DNA of 64,000 nucleotides from Chiloscyllium plagiosum (lineage: Eukaryota): positions 82,774,046 through 82,838,045 of the forward strand of contig NC_057711.1 in NCBI RefSeq assembly GCF_004010195.1, read 5' to 3'. The notes beneath the pieces are model-generated. The model made no database searches and had not been told where the DNA came from. It worked only from the letters and a program-made list of their open reading frames with translations. Position 1 is the first letter of the stretch. Every line of letters begins with the position of its first letter. Made by a program: the position numbers and the translations under genes. Positions 12,551 to 25,119 of this stretch are shown piece by piece.

Positions 12551-14572
12551 CATTCAGTTCATACTTGCCTCATAATTTACTCTTGTACTATTTTCAAACC
12601 ACAGCTCTTTCCCCACCCCCCACCCCCGCCGGCCGCAACAACCACCCCAATCCACACAATCAATCTCCCAATCCTCAGGTCTGCTGCTTTTTTGATCTGT
12701 TTTTATGCCCCTTTCCTGAAATCTGCCATCCAAGTAGTGTGGTTGGGGAGGGAGTTTCTGTATTTTGACACCGTAACAGTGAAGGAACAGTGGTATAATG
12801 CCAAGACAGGATGGTGTGTGTTTTGAAGGGGATCCTATAGATAGTGGTGTTCCCATGTATCTTCTACCCTCGTTCTTCTAGGTGGTGGAGGTCGTGGACT
12901 TGGAAGCTTCAGTCTAAGGAGCCTTGGTGAAATGTTGCAGTGCATCTTGGGGGCACACTACCCCCACTATGTGTCAGTCATGGAGGGAGTGAATGTTGAA
13001 TGTCCCAAAGGAAGAGGGATTGCTTTGTCCTTGATGGCTTTTTAAATATTATTGGAGTTGCACCCATCCATGAAACTGGAGCATTTTCTGTCATCCTTGT
13101 GATTTGTGTCTTGCAGATGGTGCATAGGCTTTAAGGACTCAGGAGGTGAAATGCCTACTGCAAAATTTCCAACCTTTCTCTTGTAGCTACAGAATTCCAA
13201 TAGCTGGTCCAGTTCAGATTTTGGTCAATGGAGATTCTGAAGAAATTGATGGTGGGGAATTCAGTGATGTTATTGCCATTGAATGTTACGGGGATATAGA
13301 CTTTTATATCTACCTTCCCTTGTCTATCAAGTTTATTGATAGCTATCGATATCAATAACTCAAGGCTGTCAAAACAACAGGATATACACGATTGTTCTTT
13401 ATTGAAGCAAGGTACACTCCAAAAATAGTACAATAATACTAATACATGATAAGCTTACTCATATAATGCTTGCAGTCCCACATGAACTGGTTTACATGGA
13501 CTTGTCCAAGGATCAGACCAAAACAGGTCTAGCCTACTCTGCCTCAATCTCCAGTCGTTGATCAGACACCTCCTAGTCTTCAGCTAGCTAACTATCGATC
13601 TGAGGCAACATTTTTTGACTCCATCCAAAGAAGCAACTTGTATGATAAAACATTAACACTGTCCAGTTTTGAGCTGTTAATTAGACAGACCATTGGCAGA
13701 CATCACAAATGTACCATTGTGAGGTATTCTTCCATTCCTTCAAACTTTTGCCTGTTTTCCTTGAAAAGAGGGTTATCCTTTGATTCTTAACAAACCTTGA
13801 CCTCAGGTAGGCTTGCTCATGATTGCTGCAGCTTTTGTGTTATCTAATTAATCAGATGATATTTGCACAACATTACCGTATGATCAACTGCATCTTGTTT
13901 TACAAACAAATGATCAATCATATCCAATGCACTCCATCTGGTTTAAATCAGAGCTTCAGTCAGACACAATGTGTCTGCAGTTTGCTTCATCACCTGCTGA
14001 ATTACAGCACTTTTTAACAAGCATATTTCCTCAGAAAACATGCAAAATGTTAAGAAATGGCCCAGTGATCTTTCAAATTATTAGGTCACCCATCCAACAG
14101 ATTGACCTTTCAATAGTGTAGGCTTCAATTTTTTTTCTTTTATTTCAGCTAAGAGAATAAAAGCTAAATTCAGGATGAGATTATTGACTTGTAGCGAGTA
14201 CAACCATTTTCCTTTATGCTCGGACAACTCTAGTCAATGGAGAATTTTCCCTATGATTGTGATTGTATCCAGTTTTGCTAGGGCTCCTTGATGCCATACT
14301 GGTTGAAAGATTAGCTTCATATCACTTCCTGTCTTGTGTTCAACTGTTTTGTCCATGTTTTTAGATCAAGGTTTTAGTGAGTTCAGGAGCTGGCGAACCT
14401 GATGAACCCAAACTGAATGTCAGTGAGCAAGTTATTGCTAAGTAAGAGCCACTTAATAGCACTGTTGATGACACGTTCCATCACTTTTCTGATGATCAAG
14501 AGTAAACTTGGCTGGGTTTGATGTGCCATTCTTTTTGTATACAGGAAATAGCGAGGCAATTTTCCACATCAG

Positions 14573-14858
14573 CAGGCCCTTTGGCCAATAAGTCCACACC
14601 GACCCTTCGAAGAGTAACCCACCCAGACCTATTTCCCTCTGACTAATGCACCTAACACTATGGGAAAATTAGCATGGCCAATTCACCTGACCTGCACATC
14701 TTTGGACTGTGGGAGGAAAACGGAGCACCCGGAGTAAATCCACGCAGACGCGGGGAGAATGTGCAAACTCCACACAGCCAGTCATCCAAGGCTGGAATTG
14801 AACTTGGGACCTTGGTGCTGTGAGGCAGCAGTGCTAACCACTGAGCCACCGTGCCGCC
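14573..14858 (-). mobile_element. HE1-type V-SINE
   Basis: Reverse complement of the HE1 head, V-domain and tail. Confidence 0.88.
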
Positions 14859-16071
14859 CCACATTGTTGGGTAGATGCCAGTGCTGATGCTGTACTGAAA
14901 CAGCTTAATTAAGGCTTCAGCATGCTCTGGAATATGTCTTCGGTCCTATTGTTGAGGCCCACAACCTTTTCAGCATCCAGTACCTTTCACTGTTTTTTAA
15001 TATCATATGTGAAATGAATCAACTGCATGGTGGCAGCTGTGGGGCTGGTACCCTCAGGAGAATTCTGAAATGGATTGTCCACGGGGCACTGAGTTTGAAA
15101 ATGCTTTAGCCTTGTGTTTTCCACTGATGCACTGGGCTCCCTCACTGTTAATAATGGGGATATTTGTGGAATCTCCTCTTCCAGTGATTTGACGAATTAT
15201 CCACCACTGTTCGTGACTGGATGCAATGCAACGGCAGAGCTCAAATCAGATTTGTTGGTTGTGGGATCATTTAGCTTGCCTATCACATTCTGATTCTTTT
15301 TTTGACAAAGAAATAATCATGAGTTGTAGCTTCAACAAATTGACATCTCACTTTTGGGAATGCCTTGTGCTGCATGTGGCAAGTCTACCTGAACTTTGCA
15401 CTGAATGAGGATTGATTCACTGGCTTGTTAGTAATGGTAGAATGGGGAAATGATGTTTGAATACAATTCTGCTGCTTCTGACAGCCACAACTGATAATGG
15501 ATGCCCAGTTAGGTTTATTTTTTATCTTTCCCATTCAGCAACAATCAGACAAAACAATGGATGTTGTCCTCAATCTGAAGAAGGGACTGTGTTTCCACAA
15601 GACTGTTTGGTGCTCCTTTTTACAGATACTTTCATGAACAGATGTGTCTGCAACAGATAGATTTGTGAGAATGAAGCTAGGTACATTTTTCTGTCCAACT
15701 GCCATAAGCCCAGTCCAGCAGCCACATCCTTTAGGACTTGTCCAGCTTGGTCATTTGTGGTGTTGCTGAACCACCCTTGGTGATTGATGTTTCCCACCAA
15801 GTGTATATTTTGTGACCTTTCTTCCCTCCAGTGTATCCTCCAAGTGGTGTCCAATGTGGAAGAGAACTGATTCATCATCACAGGGAAGGAGACAGCAATA
15901 GATGATAATCAGCAGGATTACTCTCATTTTACTTGATGCTATAAGACTTCATGATGTCTGGAGTCAATATTGAGGACTCTCAGGGAAATTCCCTTGCAAT
16001 TGTATATCACTGTGCCACCACATCTGGTGGCTCTGTTGGGTCAGAGCATACTCAGAGGTGGTGATGGTGGT

Positions 16072-16668
16072 ATAGAACAGTATAGCACAGTACAGGCCCT
16101 TCAGTCCATGATGTTGTGCCTAGCATTTATCTTAATATAAGATCAAGCTCAACCAAACAGCCCCCAATTTACTGCCATCCATTTGCTTGTTCTACAGTGG
16201 CTTAAATATCCCTAATTTCTCTGAATCTACTACGACCGCTGGCAATGCATTCTACGCCCCTAACACATGAACCTACCTCTGACATCTCCCCTATACCTTC
16301 CTCCAGTCACCTTAAAATTATGACTCCTTGTGACAGCCATTTCTGTCCTGGGGAAAAGTTTTTGGCTATCTACTCTATCTATGCCTCTCATTACCTTGTA
16401 TGCCTCTATCAAGTCATCTTTCTTCTTCCTTCTCTCCAGTGTGAAAAGCCCTAGCTCACTCAACCTCTCTTCATAAGACAAGTCCTCCAATCCAGGCAGC
16501 ATCCTGATAAATCTTCTCTGTACCCTCTGTAAAGCATCTACATCCTTCCTATAGTGTGGCAACCAGAACTAGACACAAATTCCAGTGTGGTCTAACCAGG
16601 GTTTTATAGAGCTGCGGCAAAACCTTGAGGCTCTTAAATTAAATCCCCCCTGTTAATGAAAGCCAAAA
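16072..16668 (-). mobile_element. CR1 LINE 3' fragment
   Basis: ORF PHYRKDVDALQRVQRRFIRMLPGLEDLSYEERLSELGLFTLE plus 3' tail. Confidence 0.85.
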
Positions 16669-17411
16669 CTGGAATACTCATTTTCATGGAATCGTATTTT
16701 ATAAACAATATCAGGCTGTAGTTTGACAAGTATCCCAATTTTGCTACAAGCTCCTAGATGTTAGTTTAGTAGAACTTTGTAGGGTTGACAAGGCTATTTG
16801 TGCCTTTATTGTTTCTGGTGCCTTGGTCTAAAAGGGTGTTAGTCAACCAGATAGGTTTTTACAAAATCAACAATATCTTCATTGTCACCACTGGTGTAGC
16901 TTTTAAGGTTTTGTTAAGGTAATTCAAATTTCACCATTTGTTGAGGTGGAATTTGAGTGTTAACCTGGTTCTCTGGATTGCTAATCTAATGACATGTCAC
17001 TATATCATCACCTCCCTATAATTTCGTGGCAATTACATATTCATATTGACCTTTCCCTCTAAAAGTTAAATTATAGATTTTATTTGTTCTTAGAATGTGG
17101 ATGCTTTTGGGAAAGTCAAAATTTTTTGCTCTTTGAGAATTGCCCTAAGAAAGTGACAATGAGCCTTTTCCTTGAACCACTGCAGGCTTTGTGGTACTGG
17201 TGATCCGAAAATGGTTCTAAATTAGGAATTTCTAATTTTGACTAAGTGATAGTGAGGCAACAGTGATATTTGTCCAAGTCAAGATGACGGTTTACGTGGA
17301 AGGGTGTTTTTCCAACTAATAAAATGGCTACATCATTTATTGGTTCCATAGAATGATAAAGTTGACTAAACCTAAGATTTCTTCAAACTATTGTATTTTC
17401 TTTTACCTCAG

Positions 17412-17556
17412 ACTACTATATATGATTCTACTTGTACTAGTTGTACTTTGGCTTATTCTGGACACAACTAAGCAAGGCACGAACCAGCTAATTTCTGTTG
17501 TGGGACTTCTGTTGTTTATTTTGTTCTTGTTCATCTTCTCCAAACATCCAGATAAG
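17412..17556 (+). CDS. SLC28A3: Internal coding exon (145 bp) of the SLC28A3-like gene
   Basis: Acceptor ttttacctcag|A, donor AAG|gtaaag. AT+A completes Ile, then LLYMILLVLVVLWLILDTTKQGTNQLISVVGLLLFILFLFIFSKHPDK. Spacing of DTTKQGTNQLIS fits CNT3 (DTAKLGQQQLVS) better than the one-residue-shorter CNT1/2 motif. Confidence 0.9.
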
Positions 17557-17644
17557 GTAAAGACAGTACTTCTTTCCTTCATTATTTTTTATTCTTGCCG
17601 AGTAAATAAATAGTAGTTTGAACAAGTTATTTCAGAAAGGCTGT

Positions 17645-18825
17645 AAGAAAAAGCCAGGAGATTCTGATGGACAGTATTTACATGCATTTGGAAAGGACCG
17701 ATTAGGGATTGTTAACATGGCTTTGTGTGTGGAAAATTGTGTCATTAACTTGATCGAGTTTTTGAAGAGGTGACAAAGAAGATTGGTGAAGACAGAGTAG
17801 TAGATGTCTGTATGGACTTCAGGAAAGTATTTGATAAGGTTCTGCATGATAGACTGGTTAGTAAGGTTAGATCGCATGGGATCCAGGGGGAACTAGCCAG
17901 TTGGATACAAAATTGGCTTGAAGGTGGGAGGCAGGTATAGGGCGTCACTTTTTGGATTAGAGGCCTGTGACTAGCAGTGTGCCATAGTTGGGTCCACTGC
18001 TTTTCATTAATGATATAAATGATTTGGATGTGAGTGCAGAAGGAGGCATGGTTCATACATTTGCAAATGGCACCAAAATTGGTGGTGTAATGAACAATGG
18101 TGAAGATTATCTGAGAGTACAATGGGACCTACATCAGATGGACAAATGGGAGAAGGGTGGCAAATGGAGTTTAATTTAGATAAATGTGAGGTGTTGCATT
18201 TTGGTAAGGGAAATCAGGGCACGACATGTTTGCTTATTGATAGGACCCTGGGGAGTGGTGCCGAAAAAAGAGTCGGCAAGTACATAGTTCCTTGAAAGTG
18301 GAATCCCAGGTACACAGGATGGAGAAGAAAGCATTTTGAACCTTTGCCTTCATTGGTCAGAACATTGAGTATAGGAGTTGGATATCATAATGCAGCTGTA
18401 CAGACATTGGTGAGGCCACTTTCAGAATACAGCGTACAATTCTGGCTGCCCTTCCATAGGGAGGATGTTGTTAAATTTGAGAGGGTGTAGAAAAGAATTC
18501 CAAGAATTTGCTGGAATTGAAATGTTTGAGTTATGGGGAGAGGCTGAATAGGCTGGCGCTTTTTTCCCCGGCGCATTGGACGCTGAGGGGTGACCTTATA
18601 GATGTTTATAAAATCATGAAGGGGCATGGATACGGTGAATAACCAAGGTCATTTTCCGAGGATGGGGAGAGTCCAAAACTGGAGCCATGTTAAGGTGAGG
18701 GGGAAAGATTTAAAAGTGACCTGAGGGGTAACTTGTTCACACAGAGGGTGGTGCATGTACAGAATGAGATGCCAAAGCAAGTGGTGGTGGACAGCAGGGC
18801 CTGTTTCTATGCTTTATGACTCTAA
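17645..18825 (+). mobile_element. CR1/HER1-type LINE RT fragment, decayed
   Basis: CMDFRKVFDKV, LGPLLFINDINDL, FANGTKIGG, DKCEVLHFG; 3' tail gggcctgtttctatgctttatgactcta. Confidence 0.85.
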
Positions 18826-20699
18826 GTAGACTTTAATTATATCTTTCATTTTTGTTCTTTATTTTGGATATCTTTGTCCAAATCAGTGCAACAGATCTGA
18901 AGTTAATTATGATTTTAAAATAATGTTTCCACGTCATTCAAAATGGTGAAGTTTTATTCTTAACCAAGATGCCAGTGCCAATTCTGTTGAAATCAATGGA
19001 AAGGACATAGATGCCTTTTACAATTGTTAGGTGATCCACTCTGTCAGGGTACCACCCAGCTACGGAGGTTAAAAAGGTATCTCTCTCATGTTAAGGAGTT
19101 TATGTATCAAGTTGGTTAGGACTAGAGAGGTGTTTCCGTAGTCACTGGAATGGGTACTGCATGATATGTTGCCTTCCTTGTGCCATTGTAAAGGAAGGAA
19201 GGAAGGAAAATTTCTAAAAGTTTTTGCAACTAGCAATTCCCAGATAGTATTCCCTGAGGGAATATTTTCTGAGCATCTACTTTGTAAAGCCACCTGAGAA
19301 TCTAATTTTGTATATCACCTCTCATTTTTTCTAAACTCAGCCATTCATCACCCTTCATCTTGGGAAATAGCCGAGTGGAACTTCTTTGAAGTGCTTCCAA
19401 TGCAAGTAACATTTTCCTTAAGTAAGGAGACCAAAGGAGAACGCAGTACTCTAGGTGTGGTCTCACTAATGCCCTGCAGCATTGTAGTAAGACTTACTTA
19501 ATTTTACACTCCACCTCCATTTGCAAGGACGACTGAGGTTCCTCCATACTAATCTTTTGCAAATCGTTTATCATGGTGTTCTGTTTCCAAAATATCTGCC
19601 TATAATACAATTGGTTCTTTCAATACAATCATTTTTTTAGCAAGGAGAGACTTCCCCATTTCTGTTAAGTGATTCTGATCAGGGCTGTTTCAAAAATATG
19701 GAGCCATACTTCCATTCTGGCAGTTCTCTCATAGTGCAGAACTGTTGGGGGAAGGCAAACCATGCACACATTTTTCACAGCAGTCAATGGGTCCTTCAGT
19801 CGGGGAAGGGTGTGCAGGCCTGGAGAGACAGAAGGGTCCATTGGGTCTAGAGTGAGGTAGGGATGTTGGGTCAGGATCGGGGGTGTAAGTTGTTGAGAGC
19901 AGGGATAATTGGGGATGTGTGAGATAAGTATAGGGTACAAATTCTCTGGAATCCTTTGTATGGTTCCAAGCATGGAGGATTACCCAGCAGAATTTTCAAT
20001 CTCCTCAGCAATTTCTTCAGAGTAACCAAGGCATTAGTCAGACCACAGCTGGACTGTTGTGAACAGTATTAAGTCTTTTATTGAAGGAAAAATGTACTGA
20101 AAAGGATAAAATCTTAGAATAAAGAGGCACTTGTTTAAGATACACATGAAGAGAAAGCTTTTCTCCTGGAAGGTTGAGAATCTGTGGACTTTGTTTACTA
20201 CAGAGAGCTGTTGAGGCCAGGTTGCTAAATATATTGAAAGCTGAGACAGGTTTTTAATCAGTAAAGGAATCAATAGTTATGGATAAAGGCAGGAATGTAA
20301 AGTTGAGGGTTACCAGATATGCAACGATCTCATTGACTGGTGGAGCAGGCTTGGTGGGCTGAATGGCTACTTCTCCACCTATGTCATATGGTCTTATAGC
20401 CTGCTACCTGGAATTCTGCAGGGTCCCCATCTGCAATGCCATCTGTGCTGGAAAAACGACTGTCTAGATTATAATAGCACTCGAAAGGGATTAATTAGTG
20501 AGGGAATAAAGAGAATAGAAAAAGGGCTTGAGGAACTCGGCATCATATTTGGAGAGAGAAAGAATTAACGTTGACTCTTCTTAAGAACCGAAGAGAGGCG
20601 GAAAATTAACGGGTTTTCTCGTGCAGAAAAAGATGACGGAAATGAGTGGAACAAAAGTAAAGATCAGGGGAAAGTTAGCAGGTGGGAGAGATTAGAGAT

Positions 20700-21428
20700 G
20701 GAAATGTGTTGCTGGAAAAGCGCAGCAGGTCAGGCAGCATCCAGGGAACAGGAGAATCGACGTTTCGGGCATAAGCCCTTCTTCAGGAATGAGGAAAGTT
20801 TGTCCAGCAGGCTAAGATAAATGGTAGGGAGGAGGGACTTGGGGGAGGGGCGTCGGAAATATGATAGGTGGAAAGAGGTCAAGGTGAGGGTGATAGGTCA
20901 GACTGGGGTGGGGGCGGAGAGGTCGGGAAGAAGATTGCAGGTTAGGAAGGCGGTGCTGAATTTGATGGATTTGACTGAGACAGGGTGGGGGGAGGGGAAA
21001 TGAGGAAACTGGTGAAATCCGAGTTCATCCCTTGTGGTTGGAGGGTTCCTAGCCGGAAGATGAGGCGTTCTTCCTCCAACCGTCGTTTTGTTGTGGTCTG
21101 ACGATGGAGGAGTCCAAAGACCTGCATATCCTTGGTGGAGTGGGAGGGGGAGTTGAAATGTTGAGCTACAGGGTGGTTGGGTTGGTTGGTCCGGGTGTCC
21201 CAGAGGTGTTCTCTGAAACGCTCCGCAAGTAGCCGGCCTGTCTCCCCAATATAGAGGAGGCCACATCGGGTGCAGAGGATGCAATAGATGATATGTGTGG
21301 AGGTGCAGGTGAATCTGTGGTGGATATGGAAGTTTCCTTTGGGGCCTTGGAGGGAGGTGAGGGGGGAGGTGTGGGCGCAAGTCTTGCACCTCCTGCAGTT
21401 GCAAGGGAAGGTGCAGGGAGTGGAGGTT
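20700..21428 (-). mobile_element. Penelope-like element 3' part: GIY-YIG endonuclease plus terminal repeat
   Basis: ORF 20942-21436: CxxCxxC linker, then FTCTSTHIIYCILCTRCGLLYIGETGRLLAERFREH...PVAQHFN...EERLIFRLGTLQPQGMN, uninterrupted. Confidence 0.9.
20754..20791 (-). ncRNA. Minimal type I hammerhead ribozyme motif (family A), intact core
   Basis: cattc CUGAAGA A GGGC-uuau-GCCC GAAA CGUC gauuc: core boxes, hairpin II, palindromic ACGU helix III, GUC triplet; helix I weak. Confidence 0.75.
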
Positions 21429-21479
21429 GCTACCATACATCACCCAATGTTGGCTACTGATTGTCCCCATTAATAGCTA

Positions 21480-22300
21480 TTCTTTCTCCTAAACTGACTT
21501 TAAGCAGCTACATCTCCTCTATGATAACACTCAACATTGAAGCTCACCAAGGATCCGTTCTCAACCTCCTACTATACTTCCTGTACACCTATGACTGTAG
21601 CCAAATTCTGAATGAGCGCCATCTACAAGTTTGCTGATGACACCACCATGGTAGGACGGATATCAAACAGTGATGAGTCAGAATACAGAAAGGAGATAGA
21701 GGGCTTGGTGATGTGCAATGATTATAACCTCTCTCTCAATGTCGGCAAAACTAAAGATCATTGACTTCAGAAAGAAGGGAGGAGAACACGTCCCCATTTA
21801 TATCAACAGAGCGGATGTTGAGAGGATTGACAACATTAAGTTCCTAGGAGTGACAATAACTGACAACCTGGCCTGAACTTCCTATGTGGATGCAGTGGTC
21901 AAGAAAGCACAACAACGCCTTTTCTTCCTCAGGTGGCTCAGGAAATTTGGAACATCCATAAGGACCCTCACCAACGTTTACAGATGCGCCATAGAAAGTA
22001 TACTGTCAGGGTGCAAAACGGCCTGGTACAGCAACTGTTCTGCTCAGGACTGTAAGAAAGTACAGAAGGTTGTATGTACAGTACAGACCATCACTGAAAC
22101 CAACTTCCCATCCATGGACTCCATTTACATCTGTCATTGCTGCAGAAAGGCTGCCAACATCATTAAAGACCCATCCTACCCCAGTATTGCTCTCCTATAA
22201 CCTCTTCCGTCAGGTAGAAGATACAGAAGCTTGAACACACGCAACAGCAGGCTCAAGAACAACTTCTTCCCTGCTGTTATTAGACTGATGAATGGACATT
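21480..22300 (+). mobile_element. Rex1/Babar-like LINE RT fragment
   Basis: IYKFADDTTMVGRISNSDESEYRKEI, IKFLGVTITDNL, KKAQQRLFFLRWLRKFG...YRCAIESILSGCKTAWY. Confidence 0.75.
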
Positions 22301-22429
22301 CAAACTTCAAATAATGTTGATCTTGTTAATGTTATTCTTGCCTCACGCACGTCCTGTGCGGTTTACCTGAATGCCGCACTCTGTACAAGTTTCTTTCACC
22401 CTATGATCTGTGTGTCCTTGCTGCACCCA

Positions 22430-23018
22430 AATAAAGAATCTACCTCTGACATCTATCTTAAATCTATCACCCCTCAATTTGTAGCTATGCCCCCTCGTAC
22501 AAGCTGACGTCATCATCCGAGGAAAAAAGCTTTCACTGTTTATCCTGTCTAATCCTCTGATCATCTTGTACGTCTCTATCAAATCCCCTCTTAGCCTTCT
22601 TCTCTCCAATGAGAACAGACGCAAGTCTTTCCTCATAAGACCTTCCCTCCAGGCAACATCTTGGTAAATCTCCTCTGCACCTTTTCCAATGCTTTCACAT
22701 CCTTCCTGTAATGGGGTGACCAGAACTGAACACAACATTCCAAGTGCGGCCGCACAGCACTACCAACCTAGGTGGCCACTTTCAGGGATCTATGTACATG
22801 AACTCCAAGGTCCCTCTGCACAACCACACTACCTAGAATCTTTCCATTGACCCAATATTCTGCCTTCCTGTTATTCTTCTCAAAGTGAATCAGCTCAGAT
22901 TTATCTGCATTGAACTCCACTTGCCACCTCTCAGCCCAATTCTGCAGTTTATCCAAGTCTTCCTGCAGCCTGAAACATTCTTCCACACTGTCCACTAGTT
23001 CACTGACTTTGGTGTCAT
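22430..23018 (-). mobile_element. CR1 LINE RT fragment
   Basis: LQEDLDKLQNWAERWQVEFNADK; LFSLERRRLRGDLIETYK. Confidence 0.85.
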
Positions 23019-24085
23019 AAGTTAATTCTGTTTCTCATAGCACAGACACTGCCAGACCTGCTGACTTCCAGCAACATTTTCTGTTTTTATTTCATATACG
23101 CATCTGTAATATTTTGTTATTGTTGCAGCTAAGGGGAAACTCTGTTCAGACTAATGAATAATAGAGAAGCTATTAGGCTACTGTGTCCACCAAATAGTGA
23201 TGATGAGATCAGGTAAGAAATTTCAGGCAAATTACTGATAGGTTTTCATCTCTAGATAATTAAATGTGTAGTGCCATAGGTGCGTAACATTATATTTTTA
23301 TTTAAATAAATAAATGCTTAGGGGCTATAGACCCTTATTGTTAATAGTAGAAAAAAAACCGAATGTCTCTTTTCAGAGAAAATAGAAAAAAAGTCTAGAA
23401 TCCAAAATAAACCTCTGCATTCTAACTTGGGTTAAAGGGTAGTTTTCTGAATGGTATAAAGCTGTCTTGTATTTGATAGGTAGTTGGTGGTTGAGTTGGC
23501 TTGATGGACTAGGTAACTTCATTAAAAGGCATTACAATAGATGGGCAATGGCTATTGTTTAAGGAACAAATTGTGACAGTTATGCATGAAAGAACACAAG
23601 AATCATGGCTAACAACAACGTTTTAAGGGTGGTTAGGTTCAAAGTGGAATTATATAAAATTGCTAGAGGAAGTAGCAAACATGAAGATCAGGAGCAATTT
23701 AGAATTCATCAAGAGAGCACCAAAAGGTTGATTAAGAAGTGTAAAATTATTTGTGACAATAAATTTGCAAGGAGCATAAACATGGACTATAAGAGCTTCT
23801 GTAAGTGTGTGAAAAGAAAAAGATTGGTGAAGTTGAATGTCAGTCCCTTACAGACTTAAGTGGGAGAATTGATAATGAAGAACAAAAAATATGTCAAAGC
23901 AATTAAACAACTACTTCAGTTCTGTCTTCACAGAAGTCACAAATAACTTCCCAGAAGTGGTAGAAAGGAGGAATTGAAGGAGGTTATGGTATTTAAAAAA
24001 TAGTGCTAGAGTAATCAGTAGTACTGAAAACTGACAAATCCCCAGGGTCTGATGATCTACATCCAATAGTACCAAAAGGGGGTGC

Positions 24086-24086
<1 letters not shown>

Positions 24087-24140
<54 letters not shown>
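24087..24140. repeat. (GT)27 microsatellite followed by a short (AT)n run
   Basis: Read directly from the sequence. Confidence 0.95.
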
Positions 24141-24143
<3 letters not shown>

Positions 24144-24458
24144 AATATATATATATAGTCATCTTCCACGATTCTGTGGATTCTAGAACAATCCCATCAG
24201 ATTGTGCAATGTAGAACCCCGCCCAGGTATGTCCTACATGTGAAAATTAGTACCGATTAAACCTGGCCAGTTATCGTCCCATTAGTCGACTAACACTAAT
24301 CAGTGAAATGGAAAGGGTCATCAACAGTATTATCAAGTCGTACCTAAGCAATAGCTCGCTTATTGAGGAGAAAGTGAGGTCTGCAGATGCTGGAGATCAA
24401 AGTTGAAACTTTATTGCTGGAACAGCACAGCAGGTCAGGCAGCATCCAGGGAACAGGA

Positions 24459-24496
24459 GATTCGACGTTTCGGGCACAGGCCCTTCTTCAGGAATG
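24459..24496 (-). ncRNA. Minimal type I hammerhead motif (family A)
   Basis: auuc CUGAAGA A GGGC-cugu-GCCC GAAA CGUC gaau; helix I auuc/gaau. Confidence 0.8.
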
Positions 24497-24778
24497 AGCA
24501 GAGAGTGTTCAGCAGGAGAAGATAAAAGGTAGGGAGGAGGGACTTGGAGGAGGGGAGTTGGCAGAGGAGATGACCTGGGGTGTGCAGTGAGAGAGGGACT
24601 CACTGAAATCTTTGTAGAGAGAGGCAGAGAGCTTCTTCAAGGAAGGCATCCTTGTAAGAGGATTCGCAGTAGGTTGAAATCTTCGAGGAGAAAGTGAGGT
24701 CTGCAGATGCTGGATATCAAAGTTGAAACTTTATTGCTGGAACAGCACAGCAGGTCAGGCAGCATCCAGGGAACAGGA

Positions 24779-24816
24779 GATTCGACGTTTCGGGCACAGG
24801 CCCTTCTTCAGGAATG
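24779..24816 (-). ncRNA. Minimal type I hammerhead motif (family A), tandem copy
   Basis: Identical to 24459-24496, 320 nt away. Confidence 0.8.
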
Positions 24817-25081
24817 AGCAGAGAGTGTTCAGCAGGAGAAGATAAAAGGTAGGGAGGAGGGACTTGGAGGAGGGGAGTTGGAAGTGGAGGAGATGCGGTG
24901 GAGGGCACCGTCGACCACGTCGCCTTCCTGACCTGCAGTCTTCTTCTTGACCTCTCCGCCTCCACCCTACTCCGACCTATCACCCTCACCTTGACCTCTT
25001 TCCACCTATCACATTTCCAACTCCCCTCCTCCAAGTCCCTCCTCCCTACCTTTTATCTTCTCCTGCTGAACACTCTCTGCT

Positions 25082-25119
25082 CATTCCTGAAGAAGGGCCT
25101 GTGCCCGAAACGTCGAATC
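25082..25119 (+). ncRNA. Minimal type I hammerhead motif (family A), sense to the host pre-mRNA
   Basis: attc CTGAAGA(25087-25093) A GGGC ctgt GCCC GAAA(25107-25110) CGTC gaat. Confidence 0.8.

Noticed and set aside
24365..24900. CRISPR-like repeat-spacer array
   Set aside because: Only two ~195-bp repeats in eukaryotic context; explained by PLE terminal repeats.
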